NCBI GenBank assembly: GCA_964548325.1
Contig: CAZJPX010000002.1
Span: 1 to 29,544, forward strand
DNA from: an uncultured Staphylococcaceae bacterium
GTDB lineage: Bacteria; Bacillota_I; Bacilli_A; RFN20; CAG-826
Direction: 5' to 3'
DNA: 29,544 nt
A model generated the notes under the pieces. That model ran no database searches and was not told the DNA's origin. It saw nothing but the letters and a program-made list of their open reading frames with translations. Within the stretch, counting starts at the first letter, position 1, and each line of letters opens with the position of its first letter. The position numbers were made by a program, and so were the translations under genes. Below, piece by piece: positions 1-9,730 of this stretch.

Positions 1-293
1 ACTACTAATGATGTATAAGGTTGTCTATGACCTTGAGTTTTACGATATGTGGTTTTAGGTTTATATTTAAAAACACGTAATTTTTTTCCTAAACCTTGTT
101 TCTCAACAGTAGCAACGACACTTGCGCCTTTAATTGTAGGATTGCCAGTTGTAATTTTGCTATCTCCACCAATTAAAAGAACATCTTTGAAAGTGTAGTC
201 GGTTCCAACTTCTGCATCAATTTTTTCAACATAAATTGTTTGACCAACTTCAACTTTAAGTTGCTTTCCGCCGCTTAAAATTATCGCATACAT
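1..293 (-). CDS. rplU: 50S ribosomal protein L21 (3' end truncated by window edge; missed by ORF track)
   Basis: Manual translation from ATG at 293: [24 protein letters not shown]...[14 protein letters not shown], with the L21 motifs GGKQ and [16 protein letters not shown] at 301-307. Confidence 0.97.
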   Translation of the reverse strand, partial: MYAIILSGGKQLKVEVGQTIYVEKIDAEVGTDYTFKDVLLIGGDSKITTGNPTIKGASVVATVEKQGLGKKLRVFKYKPKTTYRKTQGHRQPYTSLV

Positions 294-321
294 ATTTTAG
301 CACCTCCGTTAAATAATAATT

Positions 322-376
322 ACTCGCTCTTAAGGTACCCGAAGGATTTAAAACCTTTTTAATGCGGTTGTATCTC
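322..376 (-). promoter_or_regulatory. L21 leader-like cis-regulatory RNA (ribosomal protein autoregulatory leader)
   Basis: Minus strand reads TACAACCGCA...AAGGT...ACCTT...GAGCGAGT directly upstream of the rplU SD, matching my recollection of the Firmicutes L21_leader pattern. Not scored with a covariance model. Confidence 0.75.
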
Positions 377-399
377 TTATTGGAGTTACAACGTCAATT

Positions 400-428
400 A
401 TTTTATAGAACAACAACCAATAAGTCAA
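400..428 (-). promoter_or_regulatory. sigma-A-type promoter for rplU
   Basis: TTGACT (428-423), 17 nt spacer, TAAAAT (405-400), just upstream of the leader. Confidence 0.7.
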
Positions 429-584
429 TTTTTATTTTTTAATAAAAATAAACCCATTTAAGACGAAGGCAACAACTAAAATAATCCAATAGAAACAACA
501 TTTAAATGAACAATAATGGGTTAGATTAAATAATTAATAATTCTTAAAAAGTGATAGATTTGCAGGTTTTTATTAAAAATTAGG

Positions 585-767
585 TTATTTCCAAGAGAAT
601 TCGTATCCGCCAGGTAGTGATAATGATCCTTCTGAACTTAAGAACAATTTATAAACAACTACTGTGATTATTCCAATAGCCATGATAGCTAAAATTGTAG
701 CAAGAGTAATGGCTTCACCTGGTTTTATATTTTTTTGTTGTTCAATAGTTAATGGTACTTTGCTCAT
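585..767 (-). CDS. 60 aa small single-TM protein with a bacteriocin-leader-like N-terminus
   Basis: Strong SD AAAGGAGG upstream of the ATG at 767 (the ORF-track start at 785 runs through this SD). MSKVPLTIEQQKNIKPG-EAITLATILAIMAIGIITVVVYKLF... has one hydrophobic segment. Confidence 0.75.
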   Translation of the reverse strand: MSKVPLTIEQQKNIKPGEAITLATILAIMAIGIITVVVYKLFLSSEGSLSLPGGYEFSWK

Positions 768-821
768 TATATTACCTCCTTTCATAAAACAAGATGATAT
801 AAAGATGCAATATTTCCCAAA

Positions 822-3404
822 TTATTTATTTAAATTTTTAATTTTTTGATCAATTAATTCTAACTCATTTTTATAGTTGTTATATTTTTCTTTTTCAAGG
901 TCAACTTTTTGTTTAGGTGCTTTTTCTATAAAGCTTTTATTGTTTAAAATCGCTTCGCTACGTTTAACTTCTGCTAATAATTGTTCACGTTTTTTATTTA
1001 AAGTTTCCAAAACTTTACTGTTATTTTGTTCATCTATAACATAAATTATTGTGTTAGAGATAGCAACAAAAGTAAGACTTGTGAGATTTGAATCTTTTTT
1101 TATCTCTTTTGCAAATGTGAATCTCTTTAAATATTCGATAAGAGTTTTATCAAAATCTTCACCTACTATATTTAATGTAATTTCATGATTTGGTGCTAGA
1201 CCATTGTTTACTTTATACGATCTAACAAATTCAATTGTTTTAATTAATGCTTCGATCTTTTTAATAGAAGCTTTAAAAACCAATTCCTTATCATATGTAG
1301 GATATGATTCAAGCATAATCGAGTCTAAATGATTTGGAAGATTTAGATATAACTCTTCTGCAATAAAAGGAGAGAATGGATAAATCATCATGATAATAGA
1401 TTTTAGACAGTGTAAAAGAACTGCCAAAACATTTTTATTGTCACTATTTAAACTGACCTTGCTCATCTCAATATAGAATGAACAAAAATCATCGTAGACA
1501 AAATTATATAAATTTGAGCTAGCAACTCCAAATTCATAAGAATCCATTTTAGTTGTGATAGATTTTATTGCTTCTTCTAATTTTGTAAGAATATATTTAT
1601 CAACTAAATTTAATTTCTTTTTATCAATTGATATATTTTTGACTTTTAATTCTTCACATTTCATCAGAATATATCTCGCACTGTTCCAAATCTTGTTTAG
1701 ATAATTAGATGAACTTTTAACTTTCTCTTCATCATATCTCATATCTTGTCCAGGAGATGCAGTTGTAGCAAGGAAGTATCTAAGCGAATCAACTCCATAT
1801 TTATCTATGACATCAAGTGGATCGATTCCGTTTCCTAAAGTCTTAGACATTTTTCTTCCATGAACATCTCTAACTAGTCCATGAATTACTACATTTTCAA
1901 ATGGCTTCTTCTTTGTAAAATGTAGGCCTTGAAAATACATTCTTGCTACCCAAAAGAAGATGATGTCATATCCTGTTATCATACAATCTATTGGATAGTA
2001 TCTCTTATATAGTTCTGTATTTTCAGGCCAACCAAAGGTAGCAAAAGGCCAAAGAGCACTTGAAAACCATGTATCTAAAACATCTTCATCCTGAACCCGA
2101 TTTTTTGAATTATCAGGTGCTTTTTCATCAACAACGATTTCACCTGTTTTTTTATTATAATAAGCAGGTATTTGATGTCCCCACCAAAGTTGACGAGAGA
2201 TACACCAATCATCACAATTTTCCATCCAGCTAATCAAAGTTTTTTGAAATCTTTTTGGAAAAAACTTCGTTGCATCTTTGCTTTTTTCGTTTTTTAACAC
2301 CTTACTAGCAAGTGGTTTCATTTTAACAAACCATTGCTTAGAAAGGATTGGTTCAACTGTGGCATCACTTCTTTCAGAGTGAGCTACATCGTGTTCTATC
2401 TCTTCTATTTTAATTAGATTTCCATTTCTTTTTATTTCTTCTACAAGTTTCTCTCTACATTCAAGATTGTTCATACCTTTATAATGTAGAGCTTTTTCAT
2501 TCATCGTTCCATCGATATTCATACAAAGGATAAAATCCATCTTATGTTTCTTTCCAAGTATAAAATCATTTGGATCATGAGCTGGAGTACATTTCATCGC
2601 CCCAGTTCCAAATTCCATATCGACATATTCATCTGCAATAACTGGAATTTTTTCATTATTTGCGGGATTTACGACGAATTTGTTTAAAAACGAGGCATAT
2701 CTCTTATCCTTTGGGTTGACAATAACACATGTATCCCCAAACATCGTTTCAGGTCTAGTCGTTGCAACTTCAAGGTATTTATCTTCACCTACTACCTTGT
2801 ATTTGAAGTAGTAAAAATATCCTTTTTCTTTTTTATAGATTACTTCAACATTACTTAGAGCGGTCTTCATTTTTGGATCATAGTTAACTATTCTTTCACC
2901 ACGATATATGAGACCTTCATCATATAACATTTTAAATACTTTATAGACTGCTTTTGAAAATCCTTCATCAAGAGTGAATCGCTCTTTAGAATAATCAAGC
3001 ATCAAACCCATCTTCGCCCATTGTTCATGGATATGTTTTTGATATTCTTTGGTCCATTTAAAAGCTTCTTTTAAAAATCCGGCTCGCCCTAAATCAAATC
3101 TTGTTTTTCCTTCTTCAAATAGTTTTGCATCAACTTTAGCTTGCGTTGCAATTCCTGCATGATCTGTACCAGGTAAATATAAGACATCATATCCTTTTGC
3201 TTTTTTATATCTACAAGCGATATCTTGAAAAGTGTTATCGATTGAATGACCAATATGAAGTTTACCAGTTACATTTGGTGGAGGTATCACAATGGAATAT
3301 TTAGGTTTAGATAAATCACCTGCTAAAAAATATCCTTTCTTTTTCCATCTTTGATATTTACCTTCTTCTACTTTTTTAAAATCGTAACGTTTTTCTAAAT
3401 TCAT
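822..3404 (-). CDS. valS: valine--tRNA ligase
   Basis: PPPNVTGKLHIGH (HIGH), DWCISRQLWWGH, DEDVLDTWFSS, KMSKT (KMSKS variant), C-terminal coiled coil. Confidence 0.99.
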   Translation of the reverse strand: MNLEKRYDFKKVEEGKYQRWKKKGYFLAGDLSKPKYSIVIPPPNVTGKLHIGHSIDNTFQDIACRYKKAKGYDVLYLPGTDHAGIATQAKVDAKLFEEGKTRFDLGRAGFLKEAFKWTKEYQKHIHEQWAKMGLMLDYSKERFTLDEGFSKAVYKVFKMLYDEGLIYRGERIVNYDPKMKTALSNVEVIYKKEKGYFYYFKYKVVGEDKYLEVATTRPETMFGDTCVIVNPKDKRYASFLNKFVVNPANNEKIPVIADEYVDMEFGTGAMKCTPAHDPNDFILGKKHKMDFILCMNIDGTMNEKALHYKGMNNLECREKLVEEIKRNGNLIKIEEIEHDVAHSERSDATVEPILSKQWFVKMKPLASKVLKNEKSKDATKFFPKRFQKTLISWMENCDDWCISRQLWWGHQIPAYYNKKTGEIVVDEKAPDNSKNRVQDEDVLDTWFSSALWPFATFGWPENTELYKRYYPIDCMITGYDIIFFWVARMYFQGLHFTKKKPFENVVIHGLVRDVHGRKMSKTLGNGIDPLDVIDKYGVDSLRYFLATTASPGQDMRYDEEKVKSSSNYLNKIWNSARYILMKCEELKVKNISIDKKKLNLVDKYILTKLEEAIKSITTKMDSYEFGVASSNLYNFVYDDFCSFYIEMSKVSLNSDNKNVLAVLLHCLKSIIMMIYPFSPFIAEELYLNLPNHLDSIMLESYPTYDKELVFKASIKKIEALIKTIEFVRSYKVNNGLAPNHEITLNIVGEDFDKTLIEYLKRFTFAKEIKKDSNLTSLTFVAISNTIIYVIDEQNNSKVLETLNKKREQLLAEVKRSEAILNNKSFIEKAPKQKVDLEKEKYNNYKNELELIDQKIKNLNK

Positions 3405-3413
3405 TTGTAATAC

Positions 3414-4016
3414 CTATAAATAACTAACAATAGTTTCTATTAATTTTCCAATAGACATTTTATCATTAATTGATACTAATAAATTATTTCTTGATGAAAA
3501 ATTTTCATTAAATGCTTCTTCATAATTCTTTTTTATTTTTGCTTTTTCAGATTGATTAAGTTTATCTACTTTTGTAAAACAGATGATGAAGTTGTAATTT
3601 GATTCTTTTAAAAATGTAAAAAATTCGATGTCATCAGTAGATGGAATTCTCCTTGAATCGAGTAAAAACACCACTAATCTCAACAATTTATTATTTTTAA
3701 AGTAGTTTTCAACTAGATCTCCATATTGTATATAATCTTTGCTACGACTTGCAGAATATCCATACCCTGGACAATCGACAATATAAAATATTTTATCTTT
3801 AGTATGTGTCTGCACTTCAAAAAAATTTAATAGTTTAGTTTTCCCAGGTTTTGAACTGGTGTAGGCGAGATTTTTAATATTGCAAAGAGCGTTGATTAAA
3901 GAAGATTTACCAACATTAGATTTACCAACAAATGTAATTTCATCCAAAGAAAAAGGCTTGTTCTTTATATCAGCTATCGATAAAACAAATTTAGCATTTA
4001 TAAAAGAACAAGCCAT
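3414..4016 (-). CDS. engB: ribosome biogenesis GTPase EngB/YihA/YsxC
   Basis: G1 GKSNVGKSS, G2 PGKT, G3 DCPGYGY, G4 TKVDK; lon-engB synteny. Confidence 0.97.
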   Translation of the reverse strand: MACSFINAKFVLSIADIKNKPFSLDEITFVGKSNVGKSSLINALCNIKNLAYTSSKPGKTKLLNFFEVQTHTKDKIFYIVDCPGYGYSASRSKDYIQYGDLVENYFKNNKLLRLVVFLLDSRRIPSTDDIEFFTFLKESNYNFIICFTKVDKLNQSEKAKIKKNYEEAFNENFSSRNNLLVSINDKMSIGKLIETIVSYL

Positions 4017-4022
4017 ATTTTT

Positions 4023-6389
4023 TTATTGTTTAAAACAGATGTTGATTGCCTCATCAACTTTATTCATGTATATAATTTCAAGGTTATCCTTAATCTCTTT
4101 TGGTAGTTCATCAACATCTTTTTTGTTGCCGTTTGGAACAATTACTTTTTTAATTCCACTTCTTACAGCAGCAAGAGTTTTCTCTCTTAATCCACCAATT
4201 GGAAGAGCATTTCCTCTTAAAGTGACCTCACCTGTCATAGCGATATCACCACTAACTGGAGTTTTAGTGAAAGCTGAAGCCATAGCTGTAGCAATCGCAC
4301 ATCCAGCACTTGGACCATCTTTACTCACTGCTCCTTCTGGTACATGAATATGGATGTCATGTTCGTTGAAGAATTTAGAAGAGATATGATATTTTTCAGC
4401 GTTTGCTTTTAAATAATCAAGAGCAATTGAACATGATTCTTTCATCACTTCTCCTAATTTTCCAGTGAGAATTAGGTTTCCTTTTCCTTTAAAGAAGGTG
4501 ACCTCAATTGGAAGGATATCTCCTCCAAACGGAGTGTAGGCAAGACCTGTGACAACACCGATTTGACTTCCTTTTTCTTTATCGGTTTTTTCATACATCT
4601 CAACCCCAAGATATTTTCTAACCTCTTTTACTCCGACTGTCACTTTCTTTTTTGTTTTCTTAATCTTACCTTCAAGCTTATCGACAATTATTTTTCTTAA
4701 GATGGTCGCAATCTTTCTTTCAAGATCACGTACTCCACTCTCTTTTGTATATCTTTCTATGATGTAGGTTAATCCATCATCTAAAAAAGCAACAGTATCT
4801 TCACTCACTCCATTTGCTTTCATCTCTTTTTTAATTAAGAATCCCTTCGCGATATATAACTTATCAAGTAAGGTGTATGAATCAACAGGGATAAGTTCTA
4901 ATCGATCTTGAAGAGGCTCAGGAATTCGATGAATATCATTAGCAGTACATATGAATAAGACGTTGCTTAAATCATATGAGATCTCTAAATAGTTATCATT
5001 GAAAGAGAAGTTTTGCTCTGGATCGAGCACTTCAAGTAATGCACTTGATGGATCTCCTTTATATGAATCCATTCCAAGTTTATCAATCTCATCAAGTAAA
5101 AATACTGGATTTCTAACTTTAGCTTTTCTAAGTAAAGAGATAATTCTTCCAGGTCTAGAGCCAACGTATGTTCTTCGATGACCTCTAATTTCAGCTTCAT
5201 CTGAGATGCCTCCAAGAGAGCACTTAACAAATTTTCTACCTAAGGCTCTTGCAATCGACATCGATAAAGAGGTCTTTCCACAACCTGGAGGACCAAAGAA
5301 ACATAGAATTGGAGCTTTTAGATTTCCATTTACTTGTTTAACAGCAAGATATTCTAAAATTCTTTCTTTGACTAATTTTAATCCATAATGATCTTCGTCT
5401 AATACTTTTTTAACATTACTAATATCATCATTATCTTTAGTCTCTTCAAACCAAGGGATATCAAAGACGATATCGATATAATCTTTGATAAGAGATGCTT
5501 CAAGTGATCCTTGAGGCATCGATTCCATTCTTTTAAGTTCGTTTAAAACTTTATCTTTGACCTCTTGTGGGTATGGGTTCTTCTTTAATTTTTCTTGAAT
5601 CGATTCACCAGTTGCTTGATCATCACCTAACTCTTTAGAAATCGCTTTCATCTTCTCTCTTAAGATGTATTCTCTTTGATTCTTGCTAGCTGATTCTTTT
5701 AAGTATTCAGATATTTTTTGTTCTATTTCATTATTGTAAGCTGCCTCTTTGATGTGACCTATTAATTTATATAAACGATCATTGACTGTCTCAGCACTCA
5801 ACAAATTAATCTTAGTATCGACATTTAAATTTAAGGCATCGCTTACATAATAACTGAGAGTTAAACTATCAGCTCCACTCTTAACGAGCATCCTAAAATC
5901 ATTTTCACCAGTTGGTAAAATTTGATTGACACCAAATTTTTCAATTTGTTGGAGCATCGCTGTGATGAGTTTAACCTCTTCAAATTCAGATCCAACTTTA
6001 TCTGGATATTCTTCAAAGATGGCATAGTATACACCATCAATTAATTCGATATCTTTAATTATGACACGCATTGCTCCACTTAATCTTATTCTTTGAGTGG
6101 AACGTTCACCATATGATGTACTTAAAATCTTACATGAAGTAGCAACTTCATATATATCAGATAATGTAAAATCAGAATCTTTCTCACTATCTTTTTGAGT
6201 TGCAATAATTACATTGCTTTGATATTCATCGATTGCTTTTTGATAACCAGCAATCGAAAAATGTCTTTGTGCATAAATCATTTTTGCAACAAGAGGAAAA
6301 ACAACAGAACCTCTAGTAATCAATAAAGGTAATCTGTTTGGAAAAGTTTCATCAACTAGTTTAATTTCATTTTTCATTTCTTCGCTCAT
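4023..6389 (-). CDS. lon: ATP-dependent Lon protease (endopeptidase La)
   Basis: Walker A GPPGCGKTS, GHRRTYVGS, Walker B LLDEIDK, catalytic DGPSAG and GGLREK. Confidence 0.99.
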   Translation of the reverse strand: MSEEMKNEIKLVDETFPNRLPLLITRGSVVFPLVAKMIYAQRHFSIAGYQKAIDEYQSNVIIATQKDSEKDSDFTLSDIYEVATSCKILSTSYGERSTQRIRLSGAMRVIIKDIELIDGVYYAIFEEYPDKVGSEFEEVKLITAMLQQIEKFGVNQILPTGENDFRMLVKSGADSLTLSYYVSDALNLNVDTKINLLSAETVNDRLYKLIGHIKEAAYNNEIEQKISEYLKESASKNQREYILREKMKAISKELGDDQATGESIQEKLKKNPYPQEVKDKVLNELKRMESMPQGSLEASLIKDYIDIVFDIPWFEETKDNDDISNVKKVLDEDHYGLKLVKERILEYLAVKQVNGNLKAPILCFFGPPGCGKTSLSMSIARALGRKFVKCSLGGISDEAEIRGHRRTYVGSRPGRIISLLRKAKVRNPVFLLDEIDKLGMDSYKGDPSSALLEVLDPEQNFSFNDNYLEISYDLSNVLFICTANDIHRIPEPLQDRLELIPVDSYTLLDKLYIAKGFLIKKEMKANGVSEDTVAFLDDGLTYIIERYTKESGVRDLERKIATILRKIIVDKLEGKIKKTKKKVTVGVKEVRKYLGVEMYEKTDKEKGSQIGVVTGLAYTPFGGDILPIEVTFFKGKGNLILTGKLGEVMKESCSIALDYLKANAEKYHISSKFFNEHDIHIHVPEGAVSKDGPSAGCAIATAMASAFTKTPVSGDIAMTGEVTLRGNALPIGGLREKTLAAVRSGIKKVIVPNGNKKDVDELPKEIKDNLEIIYMNKVDEAINICFKQ

Positions 6390-6448
6390 TAATTTCCCCC
6401 TCCTAAATTAATTAAAGCACAGATTTTCATTTTTATTAATAACTACAC

Positions 6449-7825
6449 TCAATTTTTTTTCTTTTTTGTTGAGGTAGCTTTATTATCTGCTGTTTTCGTT
6501 TCTTTTTCTTTTGTAGTTTTCTTTGCTTTTGACGTTTTTTCAACGGGTTTATTATTTAAAATAATGAACCTCTGTATTTTAGTCATCAACATATTTTCTG
6601 CAAGTTTATTGCCCGCAGTTGTTTGGCCATACATTTTTTTAATGCTTTCGACATCTGTTTGATAGGTATTTGCAAGTTGTTGATATTGTTTATTTAACTC
6701 ATCTTGAGAGATGTATAGATTTTCAACCTGAGCTAGCTTATCTAAGACGAGTGTTCTTTTTAAATTAACCAAGCTTTGTTGCTTGAAAGTATCTTCTATT
6801 GATTGATCGGTTGCTCCGGTCAACTCTTTGTACTGATTGTAAGTAAATCCATTTTTTTCAAGTTCTTTTAATAAGTTTTGCTTTGAACGAGCAACCTCCT
6901 CTTCAACCACTGCATCAGCAATTGAAATTGTTGAATTATCAATGATTGTAGAAAGTACTTTATTAAAATGTGTTTCACGAGCAGTTTGTTCTTTTTTGTT
7001 CAATAAGGTTTTTCTTTCAAATTCTTTGAGTTCTGCAAGGTTTTCTACCCCATTAATGGATAAAGTTTTTGCAAATTCATCATCAAGCTTAGGCATAACC
7101 TTGGTTTTAACCTCGTGTATAACACATACAAATTTGGCATCTTTATTAGCTAATTCTTTTAAATATTGATCTGGAAAAGTTATATTTACATCAACTTTGC
7201 TATTTGGTTTTACACCGACCAATTGATCTTCAAATCCTGGTACAAATTGATTTGATCCAAGAACTAAGGAATGGTTTTGAGCACTACCTCCTTCAAATTC
7301 TTTTCCATCAATATAACCTTTAAAATCAAATACCACTGTATCACCAATTTTGGCAGGGCCTTCAGATAACACTAATTCCGCATTATCATCTAATAATTTA
7401 TTAATAGCTTCATTTACTTCTTTATCTTCTACCTTAAAGTCATCAAGGGGTATTTGAATATCTTTATATTTACCAAGTTGTACTTCTGGGAAAGTAGTGA
7501 TCGTAAATGTGCATTTAAACTCATCTTCTGTTATTCCATCGATGTTAATTGATGGTTGTGAAAATGGTCTAATCTTATGCTCTTCAAGTATTTGACGATA
7601 TAAGTGGTTAGCTCCTTGATGAGTCATTTCGCTATATAAATCAGCAGGTTGAATCTTGCTTTGCACAAGAGAAAGAGGAGCCTTACCTTTTCTAAAACCT
7701 TTAATATTTATCTTTTTAGCAAGAGCATCGATTGCTAAATCTTTGCATTTTTTCCATTCATCTCCATTAAGAGATGCACTAACTTGATATACACATTCTT
7801 TTGTTTTTACTAACTTTGTTGACAT
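6449..7825 (-). CDS. tig: trigger factor
   Basis: Ribosome-binding motif GFRKGKAP, FKBP domain (GDTVVFDFKG, FVPGFEDQLVG). Start placed at ATG 7825 after SD GGAGG (7831-7835). Lys/Thr-rich tail. Confidence 0.97.
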   Translation of the reverse strand: MSTKLVKTKECVYQVSASLNGDEWKKCKDLAIDALAKKINIKGFRKGKAPLSLVQSKIQPADLYSEMTHQGANHLYRQILEEHKIRPFSQPSINIDGITEDEFKCTFTITTFPEVQLGKYKDIQIPLDDFKVEDKEVNEAINKLLDDNAELVLSEGPAKIGDTVVFDFKGYIDGKEFEGGSAQNHSLVLGSNQFVPGFEDQLVGVKPNSKVDVNITFPDQYLKELANKDAKFVCVIHEVKTKVMPKLDDEFAKTLSINGVENLAELKEFERKTLLNKKEQTARETHFNKVLSTIIDNSTISIADAVVEEEVARSKQNLLKELEKNGFTYNQYKELTGATDQSIEDTFKQQSLVNLKRTLVLDKLAQVENLYISQDELNKQYQQLANTYQTDVESIKKMYGQTTAGNKLAENMLMTKIQRFIILNNKPVEKTSKAKKTTKEKETKTADNKATSTKKKKN

Positions 7826-7848
7826 ACTTTCCTCCAAATCGCTTATAA

Positions 7849-7877
7849 ATTATATACTACTTATATCTTGTAGTAAA
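7849..7877 (-). promoter_or_regulatory. sigma-A-type promoter for tig-lon-engB-valS
   Basis: TTTACT (7877-7872), 17 nt, TATAAT (7854-7849). Confidence 0.65.
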
Positions 7878-7966
7878 GAAACGAACAAAGATATCAAAAT
7901 ATATTTTTTTTCATCATTTTGCCTATTAAAATACTTTTAATTTACTAAATAATTACTAATGATATG

Positions 7967-9730
7967 TTATTCCTGATGTAGTTTTTTATAAAATTGTTCA
8001 GCAATATCTTTTGGTAAAATCTGTTCTAACTCTTCAAGCGGTGCATTTTCCAATAATTCAAGGGAAGGATATGTCCTAATAATTAATTCTTTTCGCTTCT
8101 CACCGATCCCTTTTATCTCATCAAATATTGATCTATACATATTTTTCTTTCTTGCTTTGCGATGACTGGTGATGGCATATCTATGCACCTCATCTTGCAT
8201 TCTAGTTAACATGAAAAATAACTCTCTATTTTGACTGATATCATAGAGATTGTTGTTGATATCTACTAATCCTCTTGTTCGATGATGATCATCTTTAACT
8301 AAACCTACTATGTTTATATTTAGATTCATATTTTTTAAAACATCATATGCAACTTCCACTTGATTATATCCTCCATCTACAATAACAAGATTGGGCATAA
8401 TCTCATTTTCTTCCTTCAATCTTTGATATCGTCTTTTAATGACCTCTTTCATTGAAGATAAATCATCTTTTTTATTATCGGATTCGATGTTATATCTTCG
8501 ATACATTTTTTTAATTGGTTCACCATTTATAAAACAAACCATCACCCCGATTGCATTAGTTCCCATAAGATGTGAATTATCAAACAATTCGATTCGATAA
8601 GGTGTATCAATATTTAAGATTTTTCCTAAATTTTCTAATATTTTTAAATTATCATCAGTTAATCTTGCAGTTAAAAAATGTTCATCTAATGCCTCTTTGG
8701 CATTTTCAAAAGCAATTTGTAATATCTCATATAATTTACCTTTTGCTGGATTTAAAACTTTGGCTTCATCAAATAAGTCATACAAACTTTCTTTAATATC
8801 AAGGTTAGGCACAATGATTTCTTTTGGTAATTTATTTATTGAGTAGTATTGAACAATAAAACTTGATATGAACTCATTTATTTCACCTATTAATTCATAG
8901 ACATATGATTTTTTTAAATTGATCGAACCATTTCTTAAAGGCAATATTAATATACCAATATGGTTATCTCTAATAGCAAAGGATACAAAATCTCTATCTA
9001 CATCATCATTTATTTGCGTGTATTGTTTTTCATTGATCGCATGAATTGAATCGAGCATCTTCTTATATTCCATCGCTTTTTCATATTCAAGATTAGAAGA
9101 TGCTTGATTCAATTTTTCAGTTATATTTTTAATAATTTCATTGCTTGATCCTTTTAAAAACAAATCTATTTGATCAATTATTTTTTCATATTCTTTTTTA
9201 TCAACCTTATTAATACAAGGAGCAAGACATTGTCCAAGGTGATAGTATAAACATGAAGATTTAGGTATCGTATTACATTTTCTTAAAGGGTACATTTGAT
9301 TGATAATGTTTATTGTTTGATGGCAAGCAGTCGCATCAGGAAAAGGGCCATAATAGATGCATCTTTTATCTTTGGTGTTTCTTGAAATTGAAACATATGG
9401 GTGTTCAATGTTTTTATGAATTGCAATGTATGGATAATGTTTATCATCCATCAATAAAACATTGTATCGAGGATGATATTTTTGAATCATATTTCTTTCA
9501 AGAATTAGAGCTTCTTGTTCGGTTTTGGTTATCAAGATAGAAAAATGATCAATATTATGAACCATCGTTGCAGTTTTACCGTTTTGTGGTCTTAAGAAAT
9601 ATTGAGAGACACGTTTTTTTAAGTTTTTAGCTTTTCCAATGTAAATGATGTTATCATCTTTATCTCTCATTTGATAACAACCTGGTTTATCAGGTAATAG
9701 ATCTATTTGTTTTTTTAATATTGCATTCAT
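7967..9730 (-). CDS. uvrC: excinuclease ABC subunit C
   Basis: GIY-YIG N-terminus (PGCYQM, IYIGKAKNLKKRVSQYF), Cys cluster, RIELFDNSH, DGG motif, HhH GIG. ATGA overlap with the mutS2 stop. Confidence 0.98.
   Translation of the reverse strand: MNAILKKQIDLLPDKPGCYQMRDKDDNIIYIGKAKNLKKRVSQYFLRPQNGKTATMVHNIDHFSILITKTEQEALILERNMIQKYHPRYNVLLMDDKHYPYIAIHKNIEHPYVSISRNTKDKRCIYYGPFPDATACHQTINIINQMYPLRKCNTIPKSSCLYYHLGQCLAPCINKVDKKEYEKIIDQIDLFLKGSSNEIIKNITEKLNQASSNLEYEKAMEYKKMLDSIHAINEKQYTQINDDVDRDFVSFAIRDNHIGILILPLRNGSINLKKSYVYELIGEINEFISSFIVQYYSINKLPKEIIVPNLDIKESLYDLFDEAKVLNPAKGKLYEILQIAFENAKEALDEHFLTARLTDDNLKILENLGKILNIDTPYRIELFDNSHLMGTNAIGVMVCFINGEPIKKMYRRYNIESDNKKDDLSSMKEVIKRRYQRLKEENEIMPNLVIVDGGYNQVEVAYDVLKNMNLNINIVGLVKDDHHRTRGLVDINNNLYDISQNRELFFMLTRMQDEVHRYAITSHRKARKKNMYRSIFDEIKGIGEKRKELIIRTYPSLELLENAPLEELEQILPKDIAEQFYKKLHQE

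Noticed and set aside
435-533. Hydrophobic open frame on the minus strand (..CCFYWIILVVAFVLNGFIFIKK*) and a 20 aa ATG ORF in another frame
   Set aside because: The first has no start codon and the second has no SD; hydrophobicity follows from T-richness.
664-849. 61 aa + strand ORF
   Set aside because: Antisense to the 60 aa peptide and the valS end; no SD and no recognisable motif.
1829-1860. ValRS KMSKT instead of KMSKS
   Set aside because: Conservative variant that, to my knowledge, occurs in other ValRS enzymes.
3880-4347. 155 aa + strand ORF
   Set aside because: Antisense shadow of lon/engB with no family features.
6449-6550. Lys/Thr-rich low-complexity tail of trigger factor
   Set aside because: Such tails are common on Firmicutes/Mollicutes Tig; no repeat unit.
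6449-9729. TGA=Trp (code 4) as in Mycoplasma
   Set aside because: TGA terminates mutS2 and tig at the expected C-termini, and long genes are uninterrupted with TGG Trp codons.
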